From NCBI GenBank assembly GCA_034437755.1, contig DAOTTV010000078.1:1-64000 (forward strand): 64,000 bases of DNA. Reading direction: 5' to 3'. Both the position numbers and the translations under genes were made by a program. Below the pieces are notes generated by a model that was given only the letters and a program-made list of their open reading frames with translations, did not search any database and was not told the origin of the DNA. The DNA comes from Anaerolineae bacterium. Lineage in GTDB: Bacteria > Chloroflexota > Anaerolineae > Aggregatilineales > Phototrophicaceae. The number at the start of each line of letters is the position of its first letter. Within the stretch, counting starts at the first letter, position 1. Positions 10,894 through 19,911 of this stretch are shown here, piece by piece.

Positions 10894-10909
10894 ATGAGTA
10901 AGCGGACTT

Positions 10910-12121
10910 ATGTTTGAGAATTATCGCATCGCCCTATCGAGCCTCAACAGCAATAAACTACGTACAGCCTTGACGATGCTGGGCGTGACGATCGGTGTGG
11001 CGGCGGTGATTATCCTCGTCTCGGTCGGGCAATCGTTTGAGACTTTTGTGCGGCAACAGTTCGAGGGACTGGGTGTTAACTTGATCTTCGTCGTGCCTAA
11101 CTTCAACGCTAACGACATCGAACCGCTGACGCTGGATGATGTGGCGGTGCTATCTGACCCCTCCCGCGTGCCGGATGCACGGGCTGTCATCCCACAGAAC
11201 AACTTTAACCGTGATGTGCGCGCTGGCACGAACGAAACTCGCCTCAATATCGAAGCGACAGGCTTGCAATACATGCAGTTATGGGGGCGCGAGTTGGTCG
11301 CGGGGCGCTTCTTCGATGAGGGCGAGCTAGAGACTAATGCGCGGGTTGCCGTGCTAGAAGTCGACGTGATGGAACAACTCTTCCCGGACTCATTTCCGAT
11401 CGGGCAGACAGTACGCATCGACGACGTGCAGTTCACCGTGATTGGTGTACTCGCACCACAGACGGGCTTGCTCAGTATCGGTGGGTCGAACCGTATCATC
11501 ATTCCCTACACAACAGCCTACACCCGCTTGAACAATTCACGGGTGTTGAGTGGCGAGCAAGCCGTCGATTTTATCATCGTACAGGGGCGCAACCCGGACT
11601 TATCGGCTGACGTTGTACGACAGATTCAACTCGCGTTACGCGATGCGCGCGGTGTTGGCTTCCGCGATGAAGATAACTTTCTCGTCATCAGCCAGAACGA
11701 AACGCTCAATACACTCGACGAAATCACATCTTTGCTGACGGTCTTTCTGGCGATTCTCGCGGGGATTTCCTTGCTGGTGGGCGGCATCGGCATCATGAAT
11801 ATCATGCTCGTCACCGTGACGGAGCGCACCAAAGAAATTGGATTACGCAAGGCAGTTGGTGCCAAAAATTTCGATATTCTGCTACAATTTTTAACGGAGG
11901 CTGTCATTCTCTCGCTGTTAGGGGGCACCGTCGGCGTGATGATCGCGGCCGTTGTCTCGACAATCGTGACGGTTCTCGTCGCAGATTTATCGGTTGCCAT
12001 CCAGCTAAGCAGTATTGGGCTAGCGGTGTTCGTCTCGGTTGCGGTAGGCGTACTCAGTGGCATCTACCCTGCCAACCGCGCCGCCGGCTTAAACCCAATC
12101 GATGCCTTGCGTTATGAATAG
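10910..12121 (+). CDS. Second FtsX/MacB-type ABC permease, a paralog of the previous gene.
   Basis: Same architecture and conserved motif (GGIGIMNIMLVTVTERTKEIGLRKAVGA). Confidence 0.85.
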   Translation: MFENYRIALSSLNSNKLRTALTMLGVTIGVAAVIILVSVGQSFETFVRQQFEGLGVNLIFVVPNFNANDIEPLTLDDVAVLSDPSRVPDARAVIPQNNFNRDVRAGTNETRLNIEATGLQYMQLWGRELVAGRFFDEGELETNARVAVLEVDVMEQLFPDSFPIGQTVRIDDVQFTVIGVLAPQTGLLSIGGSNRIIIPYTTAYTRLNNSRVLSGEQAVDFIIVQGRNPDLSADVVRQIQLALRDARGVGFRDEDNFLVISQNETLNTLDEITSLLTVFLAILAGISLLVGGIGIMNIMLVTVTERTKEIGLRKAVGAKNFDILLQFLTEAVILSLLGGTVGVMIAAVVSTIVTVLVADLSVAIQLSSIGLAVFVSVAVGVLSGIYPANRAAGLNPIDALRYE

Positions 12122-12133
12122 GGAAAACAACTC

Positions 12134-12658
12134 ATGAATCAGAACAATCAGCAAGAAACGATACCCGTCCCACGGAGTCGCATCTTCGTGTTAGATGATG
12201 GCACCTTTGTCGTCCAGTGGGAAGCCGAGCGCGTGCAAGATTTGCTCAATGGGCGCTATCAGACTTATAATCCAGAGCAGTTCGGCAACTCGATCACGGA
12301 TTATGAGTTAGGACAGTTGCAAAAATCGGAGGTTGTCGCTGATTATGATGCGGAATTGGTCTACTTATCGCCAATGACAACGACCGATGCCCAGCATCCA
12401 AATCGTTCGTTTTACTTGAACACGACTCTACATAAATCTCGCGTGAAAGACGTTGAACAAGCCTTGAAAGAAGCCGACTTGCTCGATCGGTTATCGGTGC
12501 GTATACAGGCCATCTTCGTCATTGTTCGCGGGGAGCGCGGCTATCCCTTCGCCTCTTTTGACGATGCTGAACGCGCGCGCGAAGTCCTGATTGAGGCTTT
12601 CCCAGAGTTATTGGGCAATACGGTTGTTGCATTTATCGAACATAATAGCCTATCATAA
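12134..12658 (+). CDS. Hypothetical protein (174 aa) with no recognisable domain.
   Basis: Intact ORF, coding-like codon usage, and an ATG 13 nt after the permease stop suggesting co-transcription. Confidence 0.5.
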   Translation: MNQNNQQETIPVPRSRIFVLDDGTFVVQWEAERVQDLLNGRYQTYNPEQFGNSITDYELGQLQKSEVVADYDAELVYLSPMTTTDAQHPNRSFYLNTTLHKSRVKDVEQALKEADLLDRLSVRIQAIFVIVRGERGYPFASFDDAERAREVLIEAFPELLGNTVVAFIEHNSLS

Positions 12659-12700
12659 AATGAGTTTTATTTACTGTGAATGTGTGAGTGAAGGTGAGAA

Positions 12701-13291
12701 GTGGGCATGGACAACAAGAATAAAGGTGAGAACGATAGCACCATCCAAAATGAGAAAATCCGCGACGTCCACGATAGTATGCTGGAAGGCTTGGGACAAC
12801 TCGCAGATTACTTTGGGTTTAGTAAAGTGATGGGGCAGTTATATGGCACACTCGTCCTCAGTGCGAATCCGTTATCGCTGGATGATATGATGGAACGACT
12901 CGGCATCTCTAAAGCGAGTGTGAGCATGAACATGCGTACGCTCGAGCATATGGGGATGGTTCGGCAAGTGTGGGTGCGCGGTGGCAGTGGTCGCCGTAAG
13001 TACTACGAAGCAGAGACCGATTTCTGGCAGATCATCACGAATCTCGTCAGCGGGCGCGAGATGCGCGATGTCGAGCGGGCAATTACTGTAATTGATGAAA
13101 ACAGCGAAGAATTACGCACCGCCATGCCCAAGATGAGCGAGGATGACCAACATCTGGCACAACTGTATATCGAGCGAATGCGCGAGATGCAGTCGCTCTT
13201 CCGCTTCGCCCAGATGATTATCTCGACTGTGTTCACAAAAGTCGATGATGATACGGATTTCAGCGAGATTACCCATATCGAAATCGATTAA
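12701..13291 (+). CDS. Winged-helix transcriptional regulator, MarR/GbsR-like.
   Basis: HTH segment LSLDDMMERLGISKASVSMNMRTLEHMGMVRQV with a dimerisation helix region. Confidence 0.55.
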   Translation: MGMDNKNKGENDSTIQNEKIRDVHDSMLEGLGQLADYFGFSKVMGQLYGTLVLSANPLSLDDMMERLGISKASVSMNMRTLEHMGMVRQVWVRGGSGRRKYYEAETDFWQIITNLVSGREMRDVERAITVIDENSEELRTAMPKMSEDDQHLAQLYIERMREMQSLFRFAQMIISTVFTKVDDDTDFSEITHIEID

Positions 13292-13297
13292 TGTCCC

Positions 13298-13326
13298 TTG
13301 CCCTCAGAATCGCGTTTGGCTATAAT
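13298..13326 (+). promoter_or_regulatory. Sigma-70-like promoter for tRNA-Leu.
   Basis: -35 TTGCCC, a 17-nt spacer, then a perfect -10 TATAAT at 13321-13326, 18 nt upstream of the tRNA 5' end. Confidence 0.4.
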
Positions 13327-13343
13327 GAGTATTCGACATGAGC

Positions 13344-13426
13344 GGGGGAGTGGCGGAATTGGCAGACGCGCATGACTTAGGATCATGTCTCTTTGTGAGG
13401 TGAGGGTTCGAGTCCCTCCTTCCCCA
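13344..13426 (+). tRNA. tRNA-Leu (anticodon UAG); class II with a long variable arm; CCA not encoded.
   Basis: Manual fold: acceptor GGGGGAG/CTTCCCC (one G-U), D-arm GCGGAATTGGCAGACGCG, anticodon stem CATGA/TCATG with loop CTTAGGA (U33, G37), variable arm, T-arm GAGGG-TTCGAGT-CCCTC, discriminator A. Confidence 0.85.
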
Positions 13427-13436
13427 ACACACGACA

Positions 13437-13464
13437 AAGGCGCTCCTGTGCGCCTTTTGTTTTA
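13437..13464 (+). terminator. Intrinsic terminator after the tRNA.
   Basis: Perfect 7-bp stem AAGGCGC/GCGCCTT with loop TCCTGT, followed by TTGTTTTA. Confidence 0.5.
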
Positions 13465-13563
13465 TACGGTGTCACTGACGTTGATTTCTGATGAAATATT
13501 GACGTTACCCTCCGCTACAATTTGATATAATAGTTCTTAGTTCTGCAATAAGGATGAAGTCCC

Positions 13564-15099
13564 TTGAACATTCAAACTGAACGCATCGAGAATCATAGAG
13601 CGCGGTTAACAGTCGAAGTGACTGACAAGCAGTGGAAACAAGCGAAGAAAGAAGCCGCCGCCGCCCTCTCGTCACGTTATAACATTCCCGGTTTTCGCAA
13701 AGGCAAAGCGCCCTATCGCATCATCGCCAAATACATTGGCGAAGATAGCATTATCAGCGATGCTATCGATCAATTGGGGCGCGGGTTATATCCGCAAGTC
13801 CTCGAGGAAGCGGAAGTTGAACCCTATGCGGCAGGCACGATCGAAGATTTCCAGATGGAACCACAACCGACCTTCGTTTACACCGTGCCACTCAGCCCAC
13901 AAGTCGACCTCGGCGATTATCAATCCGTCCGGGTTGATTACGAAGAACCGGAAATCAGCGATGAAGCCATCAACGAAGTCTTGAGCAACTTGCAACAGGA
14001 ACACGCGCTCGTTGAAGAGAGTGCCAATCCGATACAAGCTGGCGATCGCGTGACGTTCGATATCGACAGTACATTTGCAGACGGTGAAGAACGCCCGCTC
14101 GATGACGATGACGATAATGACGAAGACGATGTTGTCGCCTACAAGGGCGATACATTCATCCAACGCGAAGATATCGAGCTGAAGCTCGACCCGGAGCAAG
14201 AACCGATCCTGCCGGGGTTCATTGATGCTCTAGTCGGGGCATCGGCTGGCGATGAGTTGGAATTTGAACTCACAGTGCCCGATGATGACGAGGATTACGA
14301 GGATGTCGGCGGACGTAAGGTTCAATTCTCTGTGATCGTCCACAAAGTAGAGAACATCACCCTGCCAGAATTGACCGATGACTTCGCGGCGCGCGTCACC
14401 GAAGACGAAGACGAACCCTTGACTTTGCTTCAAATACGTATGCGTATCCGTGAGAACATGGAAGAGGAAGCCCGCGACAAAGCCCGTGAGGCTTACATCG
14501 ATCAGATGGTTGATGAGATCGCCGCACAAGCCGAGATCGCCTACCCGGAGGACATGGTCGAAGATCGCATTGACGCGATGCTGGCGCAGTTGAACCAGCA
14601 ACTCGCGCAACAGGGCTTATCGATAGAAGTCTATCAGCAAATCACAGGTGCCAGCGATGAGAGCTTGCGTGAAGAGTATCGCGAAGAGGCGCGCAAAGCA
14701 GTCGAGCGGTCGCTCGTCTTTGGCGAGGTTGTCAACGCTCAGGACATCCAAGTGACGGCTGAAGAGATTGATGCTAAAGTTGATGAAACACTCGACGAAT
14801 TAGGCATGAGCGATAACGCAGAAGTACGGCAACTGTTCGACCAACCACAACAACGCAACAATATCGCACAAAATTTGCTGTACGAGCGCGCGGTCGATAT
14901 GCTGATGAAGATCGGCAAAGGTGAGTCGCTAGAGACAGCAAATGACGATACGTCGGCAGAGGATGCAGAGGCTGAAGAAACCACCAGCGATGCGCCCTCA
15001 GCTAGCACCGACACAAACCCAGAGACAGACGATGCAGAAGTCGTCACCGCAACATCTACAGACAATCAAGCTGAATCGGTAGACGAAGATAAAGAGTAG
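13564..15099 (+). CDS. tig: Trigger factor (ribosome-associated chaperone/PPIase) with an acidic C-terminal tail.
   Basis: N-terminal ribosome-binding motif GFRKGKAP, an FKBP-like middle domain and a C-terminal arm. TTG start. The last ~60 aa are D/E-rich. Confidence 0.9.
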   Translation: MNIQTERIENHRARLTVEVTDKQWKQAKKEAAAALSSRYNIPGFRKGKAPYRIIAKYIGEDSIISDAIDQLGRGLYPQVLEEAEVEPYAAGTIEDFQMEPQPTFVYTVPLSPQVDLGDYQSVRVDYEEPEISDEAINEVLSNLQQEHALVEESANPIQAGDRVTFDIDSTFADGEERPLDDDDDNDEDDVVAYKGDTFIQREDIELKLDPEQEPILPGFIDALVGASAGDELEFELTVPDDDEDYEDVGGRKVQFSVIVHKVENITLPELTDDFAARVTEDEDEPLTLLQIRMRIRENMEEEARDKAREAYIDQMVDEIAAQAEIAYPEDMVEDRIDAMLAQLNQQLAQQGLSIEVYQQITGASDESLREEYREEARKAVERSLVFGEVVNAQDIQVTAEEIDAKVDETLDELGMSDNAEVRQLFDQPQQRNNIAQNLLYERAVDMLMKIGKGESLETANDDTSAEDAEAEETTSDAPSASTDTNPETDDAEVVTATSTDNQAESVDEDKE

Positions 15100-15136
15100 T
15101 TAACGTCATTCACGAAAGGAGTAAGGCCGTATCCTG

Positions 15137-15778
15137 ATGGGATACATGCCGAACTATATGAATCCAATGCATATGAACCCGCAAAGTGTTGTTCCGATGG
15201 TCATTGAGCAGGGAAGCCGTGGCGAACGGGCTTATGATATTTATTCCTTGTTGCTGAAGGAACGAATCGTGTTCGTCGGGACTGGTATTAACGACCAGAT
15301 CGCCAATCTGACCGTCGCCCAGTTGCTCTTCCTCGATCGGGAAGACCCCGACCGCCGCGTGCAGATGTACATCAACTCGCCCGGTGGCGCTGTTTACGCC
15401 GGTATGGCGATGTACGATGCCATGCAACAGATCACCGCACCGGTGAGTACGGTAGCTGTCGGTTTAGCCGCGAGCTTCGGCACTGTGTTGCTGACGGGTG
15501 GCGAAGCTGAGATGCGTATGGCTCTGCCGAACGCGACCATTCACATGCACCAACCCCTCGGCGGCGCTCAGGGGCAAGCCTCGGACATCGTGATTCAGGC
15601 AAATGAAATTGTCCGCCTGAAGGAACGCCTGAACAACATCTTCGTGAAGCACACCGGACAAGATTACGAAACGATCGAAAAAGATACTGACCGTGATATT
15701 TACAAGAGTGCTGAAGAAGCAGTCGAATACGGTCTGGTCGATTCTGTACTGTACGATGAGCAACAAGAGGAAGAATAA
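15137..15778 (+). CDS. clpP: ATP-dependent Clp protease proteolytic subunit.
   Basis: [22 protein letters not shown].. fold with the catalytic Ser/His/Asp context ([18 protein letters not shown]). The N-terminal start is ambiguous among several in-frame Met codons. Confidence 0.9.
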   Translation: MGYMPNYMNPMHMNPQSVVPMVIEQGSRGERAYDIYSLLLKERIVFVGTGINDQIANLTVAQLLFLDREDPDRRVQMYINSPGGAVYAGMAMYDAMQQITAPVSTVAVGLAASFGTVLLTGGEAEMRMALPNATIHMHQPLGGAQGQASDIVIQANEIVRLKERLNNIFVKHTGQDYETIEKDTDRDIYKSAEEAVEYGLVDSVLYDEQQEEE

Positions 15779-15780
15779 TT

Positions 15781-17073
15781 GTGGCTTACCCACCCGGAGG
15801 ACATCGCTGTTCATTTTGTGGTCGCACCCACGACGAAGTTGATCGTCTGATTGCCGGCCCGGATAATGTCTTCATCTGCAACTACTGTGTCGAACTCTGT
15901 CACAACCTGTTAGCCGATGAGGAATTCATCGAACAAGCGAATCCCGATTTTCAAATTGATCATCTCCTTGCCCCGCGCGAGATCATGTCGCACCTCGACG
16001 AGTACGTGGTGGGGCAGACTTATGCCAAGCGCGTGCTGAGCGTCGCGGTGTACAATCACTATAAGCGCGTCCAAGCCGAAGGCACGACGGGCGATGTCGA
16101 ACTTGGGAAGAGTAACATCGTCATCATCGGTCCAACCGGAAGCGGCAAAACGCTGATGGCGCAGACGCTCGCTCGCATTCTCGATGTGCCCTTCTGCATC
16201 GCTGATGCAACCGCGCTGACCGAAGCGGGCTACGTGGGTGAAGATGTCGAAAACATCCTTCTGCGTCTGATCCAAGCCGCAGATGGCGATGTCTCGCGCG
16301 CGGAAAAAGGGATTATCTACATTGATGAGATCGACAAGATTGCTCGCAAATCGAACGATAATCCGTCGATTACCCGTGATGTATCCGGCGAAGGCGTGCA
16401 ACAAGCCCTGCTGAAAATCATCGAGGGCACAGTCGCGAACGTACCGCCACAGGGTGGGCGCAAGCACCCTCATCAAGAATTCTTGCAGATTGATACCAAC
16501 GGCATTCTCTTCATCGTCGGCGGCACATTCGACGGTATCGACAACGTGATTGCTCGCCGCATCGGTGCGAAGGGGTCGCTCGGCTTTCAGGCAGATAAAC
16601 GCTCGAAGAAAGACATGAGCGATCTGCTCCGTCGCGTGAATCCCGAAGATTTGATCGCACACGGCATGATTCCGGAGCTAGTCGGTCGCTTGCCGGTCGT
16701 CGTCGGCGTTGACCCACTCGACCAAGAAGCATTGGTTCGCATTCTGGTTGAACCGCGCAACTCACTGACGCGCCAGTATCAACACCTGTTATCGCTGGAT
16801 AATGTCGAGCTAGAGTTTGAAGAATCGGCGTTAGAATCCGCCGCTACCCTTGCGATGGAGCGTGGCACTGGCGCACGCGGCCTGCGCTCGATCATCGAGA
16901 AAACCCTGCTGGACGCAATGTTCGAAGTGCCGGGACGCGATAGCATCCGCAAGATCGTCATTGATGGCGATGTCATCAACAACGAGAAGCCCGCACGTAT
17001 CTTCGATGAAGATGGTAACGAACTTGAATGGGGCGAGAACGGGACAATCAAACCGCAAAAGCCCGCCGCATAA
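15781..17073 (+). CDS. clpX: ATP-dependent Clp protease ATP-binding subunit ClpX.
   Basis: C4 zinc finger (CSFCGRT..CNYC), Walker [10 protein letters not shown], Walker [15 protein letters not shown] pore loop. GTG start 3 nt after the clpP stop. Confidence 0.95.
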   Translation: MAYPPGGHRCSFCGRTHDEVDRLIAGPDNVFICNYCVELCHNLLADEEFIEQANPDFQIDHLLAPREIMSHLDEYVVGQTYAKRVLSVAVYNHYKRVQAEGTTGDVELGKSNIVIIGPTGSGKTLMAQTLARILDVPFCIADATALTEAGYVGEDVENILLRLIQAADGDVSRAEKGIIYIDEIDKIARKSNDNPSITRDVSGEGVQQALLKIIEGTVANVPPQGGRKHPHQEFLQIDTNGILFIVGGTFDGIDNVIARRIGAKGSLGFQADKRSKKDMSDLLRRVNPEDLIAHGMIPELVGRLPVVVGVDPLDQEALVRILVEPRNSLTRQYQHLLSLDNVELEFEESALESAATLAMERGTGARGLRSIIEKTLLDAMFEVPGRDSIRKIVIDGDVINNEKPARIFDEDGNELEWGENGTIKPQKPAA

Positions 17074-17117
17074 TCAGCAAGCGGTTTTCGTCAACACGAT
17101 AAATACCATCAAACGAG

Positions 17118-17146
17118 CGCCCCCAGCTTAGTTGGGGGCGTTTTTA
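17118..17146. terminator. Bidirectional intrinsic terminator between clpX (+) and the MBL hydrolase gene (-).
   Basis: Perfect 8-bp stem CGCCCCCA/TGGGGGCG with loop GCTTAGT, followed by TTTTTAT. An A-run upstream lets it terminate the minus strand as well. Confidence 0.55.
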
Positions 17147-17782
17147 TATGTCATGGTCGCGTGTCAGCGGTTCTGGGATGATGACATCGGCACGTCCGCC
17201 GATATGCTCTTTGAACTCTAAGGCATCGATGCGGGTCGCCCCCTCACCCGTAATGCCCCAATTCGCCGGCAGGACGTAGCGCGGGCGCAAAATCTCGACC
17301 GCTTGACGCGCTTCGTCAAGCGTCATCGTATCATCGCCATCAATCGGTAAGATGACAATATCGGGGCTGATGCGCGACATCTCCGGGATCACTTTGGTAT
17401 CGCCTGCATAATAAATATCGTAGTAGTTGACCGAGATGACAAAGCCGAGACCGCCGTGTTCTTGTGGATGCAGGACACCACGCGGTGAATATGCCGGAAT
17501 CGCCTTGATACTCAATCGATCGAAGCTCATGCTCTGCCATGGGCGAATGCGCGTCACGTCGTCGATTTTTTGGACGACACGCGCATTGCCGATCACAGTC
17601 GTATCCGTACTTCGCAATTTGTCGACATCGGCACTAGAACAGTGATCATAATGATCGTGACTGATGAGAATCAGATCAGCAGTGATACCGGTTTTGACAA
17701 CGCGCCACGGGTCAATATAGATGTTTATGTCGCCTAAAATCAAGAAACTACCGTGCCCGAACCACTTAATCTTATTAATCAT
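17144..17782 (-). CDS. MBL-fold metallo-hydrolase.
   Basis: HxHxDH motif (LILISHDHYDHC) and overall beta-lactamase-fold pattern; 212 aa. Confidence 0.8.
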   Translation of the reverse strand: MINKIKWFGHGSFLILGDINIYIDPWRVVKTGITADLILISHDHYDHCSSADVDKLRSTDTTVIGNARVVQKIDDVTRIRPWQSMSFDRLSIKAIPAYSPRGVLHPQEHGGLGFVISVNYYDIYYAGDTKVIPEMSRISPDIVILPIDGDDTMTLDEARQAVEILRPRYVLPANWGITGEGATRIDALEFKEHIGGRADVIIPEPLTRDHDI

Positions 17783-17954
17783 CTTTATCCCTTATTTGTC
17801 TTATCAGTCAGCAATCTTTATAATAAGGCCAGATAACATCCGCATTTGACAATTTATTTTGTGTTTGAATTATGGCAAGTCACGCCATAGATTACAAATC
17901 TCGTGTTATCATATCGAATAGTACGTCATAGTTTCTGCTTGCGAGAAGATAACC

Positions 17955-19349
17955 ATGTCTAACAGCTCGAATTTAAAACCACTGCGTCGCCCACCGCAAC
18001 AATCCCAGCAAGGACAGCGTCGCCAGCAACAACGGCGCTCGGGCTCCGGTCAACAACCGCCCCGACAGGGTAGTGGATGGGATCCACCGGCGTTGAGCAA
18101 TGTTGATGATACCGGGCTGACAAAGCTCGCAATTGCTAATCTCGTCATCAAGCTCCTGTATTTCCGCGGGGATATGATCGGTCATCACATCTCTGAAACG
18201 GTCAAACTGCCATTTAACGGCGTGATCGACGCGATTATCGAATTTCTCAAACGCGAGAAATTGATCGAAATCAAAGCCGGACAGGGCGGTATCGGCGAAG
18301 CCGGCTACCGCTACGAATTGACCGGTAACGGGATTGAGCGCGCGCTCGAAGCACTCGATCGTACCCAATACGCCGGGCCAGCACCTGTACCCTTGAAATC
18401 CTACATCGATGCCATCAACGCGCAGAAACGACCGGACGCATCGATCAAAGAAGAAGATATGCGGAAAGTGCTGGAAAATCTGATTGTGGATAAATCAATG
18501 CTCGATCAGATCGGCCCCGCCGCGAACTCCGGTACGTCCATCTTCCTCTATGGCCCGCCGGGCAATGGTAAGACGACACTTTCAGAAGCAATCGGCAAGG
18601 TGATCCTCGGTGAAGATATGTGGATTCCTTATGCGATTGATGTCGATGGGCAAATCATCCAAATTTACGATTACGTCAATCACGAACTCTCTGATAACCA
18701 AATACCGATGAAGTATGGCACGGGGCAAGTCGCTGACTCGCGCTGGATTCGCATCAAGCGTCCGATCGTCATCGTCGGTGGTGAGTTGACGATGGAGAGC
18801 CTCGATCTGATCTACAACGATACCAGTAAATTCTACGAAGCGCCGTATCAGGTCAAAGCCAATGGCGGCATGTTCCTGATCGATGACTTTGGTCGCCAAC
18901 AGGTGAGTCCGCTCGCCCTGCTCAATCGCTGGATTGTGCCACTGGAGAAGAAATACGACTTCTTGACACTGAACAACGGGCGCAAGATTCAGATGCCGTT
19001 CAACGTGATGATTATCTTCTCGACCAATATGGATCCGGCGGATCTCGTTGATGATGCGTTCTTGCGGCGTATCAAATACAAGATCGAAGTCGGCAACCCG
19101 ACCCCTAAGCAATTCCGCGAATTGTTCGAGCTGATGTGTAAGCTCAAAAACGTGCCTTTCGACGAAGCGGGCTATAACTATCTCATCAAAGAGTGGTACA
19201 TCAAGTTCAATCGCGACCCGCGCTTCGTCCACCCGCGCGATTTGCTCAACCAGATGCGAGACATTTGTAACTATCTCGGCGTGCCGATCTCGATGAATAA
19301 CAAAGAAGTCATCGACCGCGCTGCCGCATCTTACTTTGTTGAATTGTAA
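17955..19349 (+). CDS. AAA+ family ATPase of unknown function with a low-complexity Q/R-rich N-terminus.
   Basis: Walker A IFLYGPPGNGKTTL, Walker B GGMFLIDDFGRQ, sensor-1-like MIIFSTN, Arg-finger-like FLRR. The first ~50 aa are Q/R/P-rich, followed by a wHTH-like segment. Confidence 0.6.
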   Translation: MSNSSNLKPLRRPPQQSQQGQRRQQQRRSGSGQQPPRQGSGWDPPALSNVDDTGLTKLAIANLVIKLLYFRGDMIGHHISETVKLPFNGVIDAIIEFLKREKLIEIKAGQGGIGEAGYRYELTGNGIERALEALDRTQYAGPAPVPLKSYIDAINAQKRPDASIKEEDMRKVLENLIVDKSMLDQIGPAANSGTSIFLYGPPGNGKTTLSEAIGKVILGEDMWIPYAIDVDGQIIQIYDYVNHELSDNQIPMKYGTGQVADSRWIRIKRPIVIVGGELTMESLDLIYNDTSKFYEAPYQVKANGGMFLIDDFGRQQVSPLALLNRWIVPLEKKYDFLTLNNGRKIQMPFNVMIIFSTNMDPADLVDDAFLRRIKYKIEVGNPTPKQFRELFELMCKLKNVPFDEAGYNYLIKEWYIKFNRDPRFVHPRDLLNQMRDICNYLGVPISMNNKEVIDRAAASYFVEL

Positions 19350-19452
19350 CCAAGGATATGAGATAATAGGCGTACTTTGAAGGAGATAAGTACGTCTTGA
19401 TCTGGCTATGGTGCACACACAGTTTTTAGTAAGCTGGCAGGGAGATTTAGCG

Positions 19453-19812
19453 GTGACAGAAGGCAAACAGGTTGTTCTAGTGGTACGCCACGATGATGAG
19501 AGACAGGCTGTAGCCGACCTGCTGCAAGAAATGGATATGACTGTTCATCACGCACAATCCGGGCGCGATGCCATCTTCATGCTGGAAGATCACATCTGTG
19601 ATTTTTTAGTCATGGATGTGCGCCTCTCCGATATGCACGCCTGGAAGATGTTGCACACGCTCAAAGAGAGTGTCGATCTCTCGGCTTTGCCGACGGTCGT
19701 CATCATGGATGAACAGAGCGTCGTCCCCCTGCCCAACGTCACGCCTGTTGTGCGCCCCGTAGCCATGGCAAAGCTCCGCAATATCATTTACAGCTTGTTC
19801 TCAACACCCTGA
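19453..19812 (+). CDS. Single-domain CheY-like response regulator (receiver domain only).
   Basis: Receiver signature: acidic pair (VVRHDDERQ), phospho-acceptor Asp context (FLVMDVRLSDM), and conserved T and K (TVVIMDE, AMAKL). GTG start with a GGAGAT RBS; the track ORF extends upstream to 19408. Confidence 0.6.
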   Translation: MTEGKQVVLVVRHDDERQAVADLLQEMDMTVHHAQSGRDAIFMLEDHICDFLVMDVRLSDMHAWKMLHTLKESVDLSALPTVVIMDEQSVVPLPNVTPVVRPVAMAKLRNIIYSLFSTP

Positions 19813-19911
19813 TTGTCATCTTGCCGCTGTAATATCTATCCTGCAGAAATGCTCTGCTCTCGTTATAATGAAGCATGCGAGCTACTTTTATGATGAGAAA
19901 GATAGGATTTT

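Noticed and set aside
13344-13429. Whether the tRNA-Leu encodes its 3' CCA.
   Set aside because: The sequence after the discriminator A is ACAC, so CCA is not encoded and must be added post-transcriptionally. Noted only for completeness.
19408-19812. The receiver protein as a pseudo-receiver lacking the phospho-acceptor Asp.
   Set aside because: On inspection the acidic pocket (DDE), the Asp in the MDVRL context, and the conserved Thr and Lys are all present, so it appears to be a canonical receiver.
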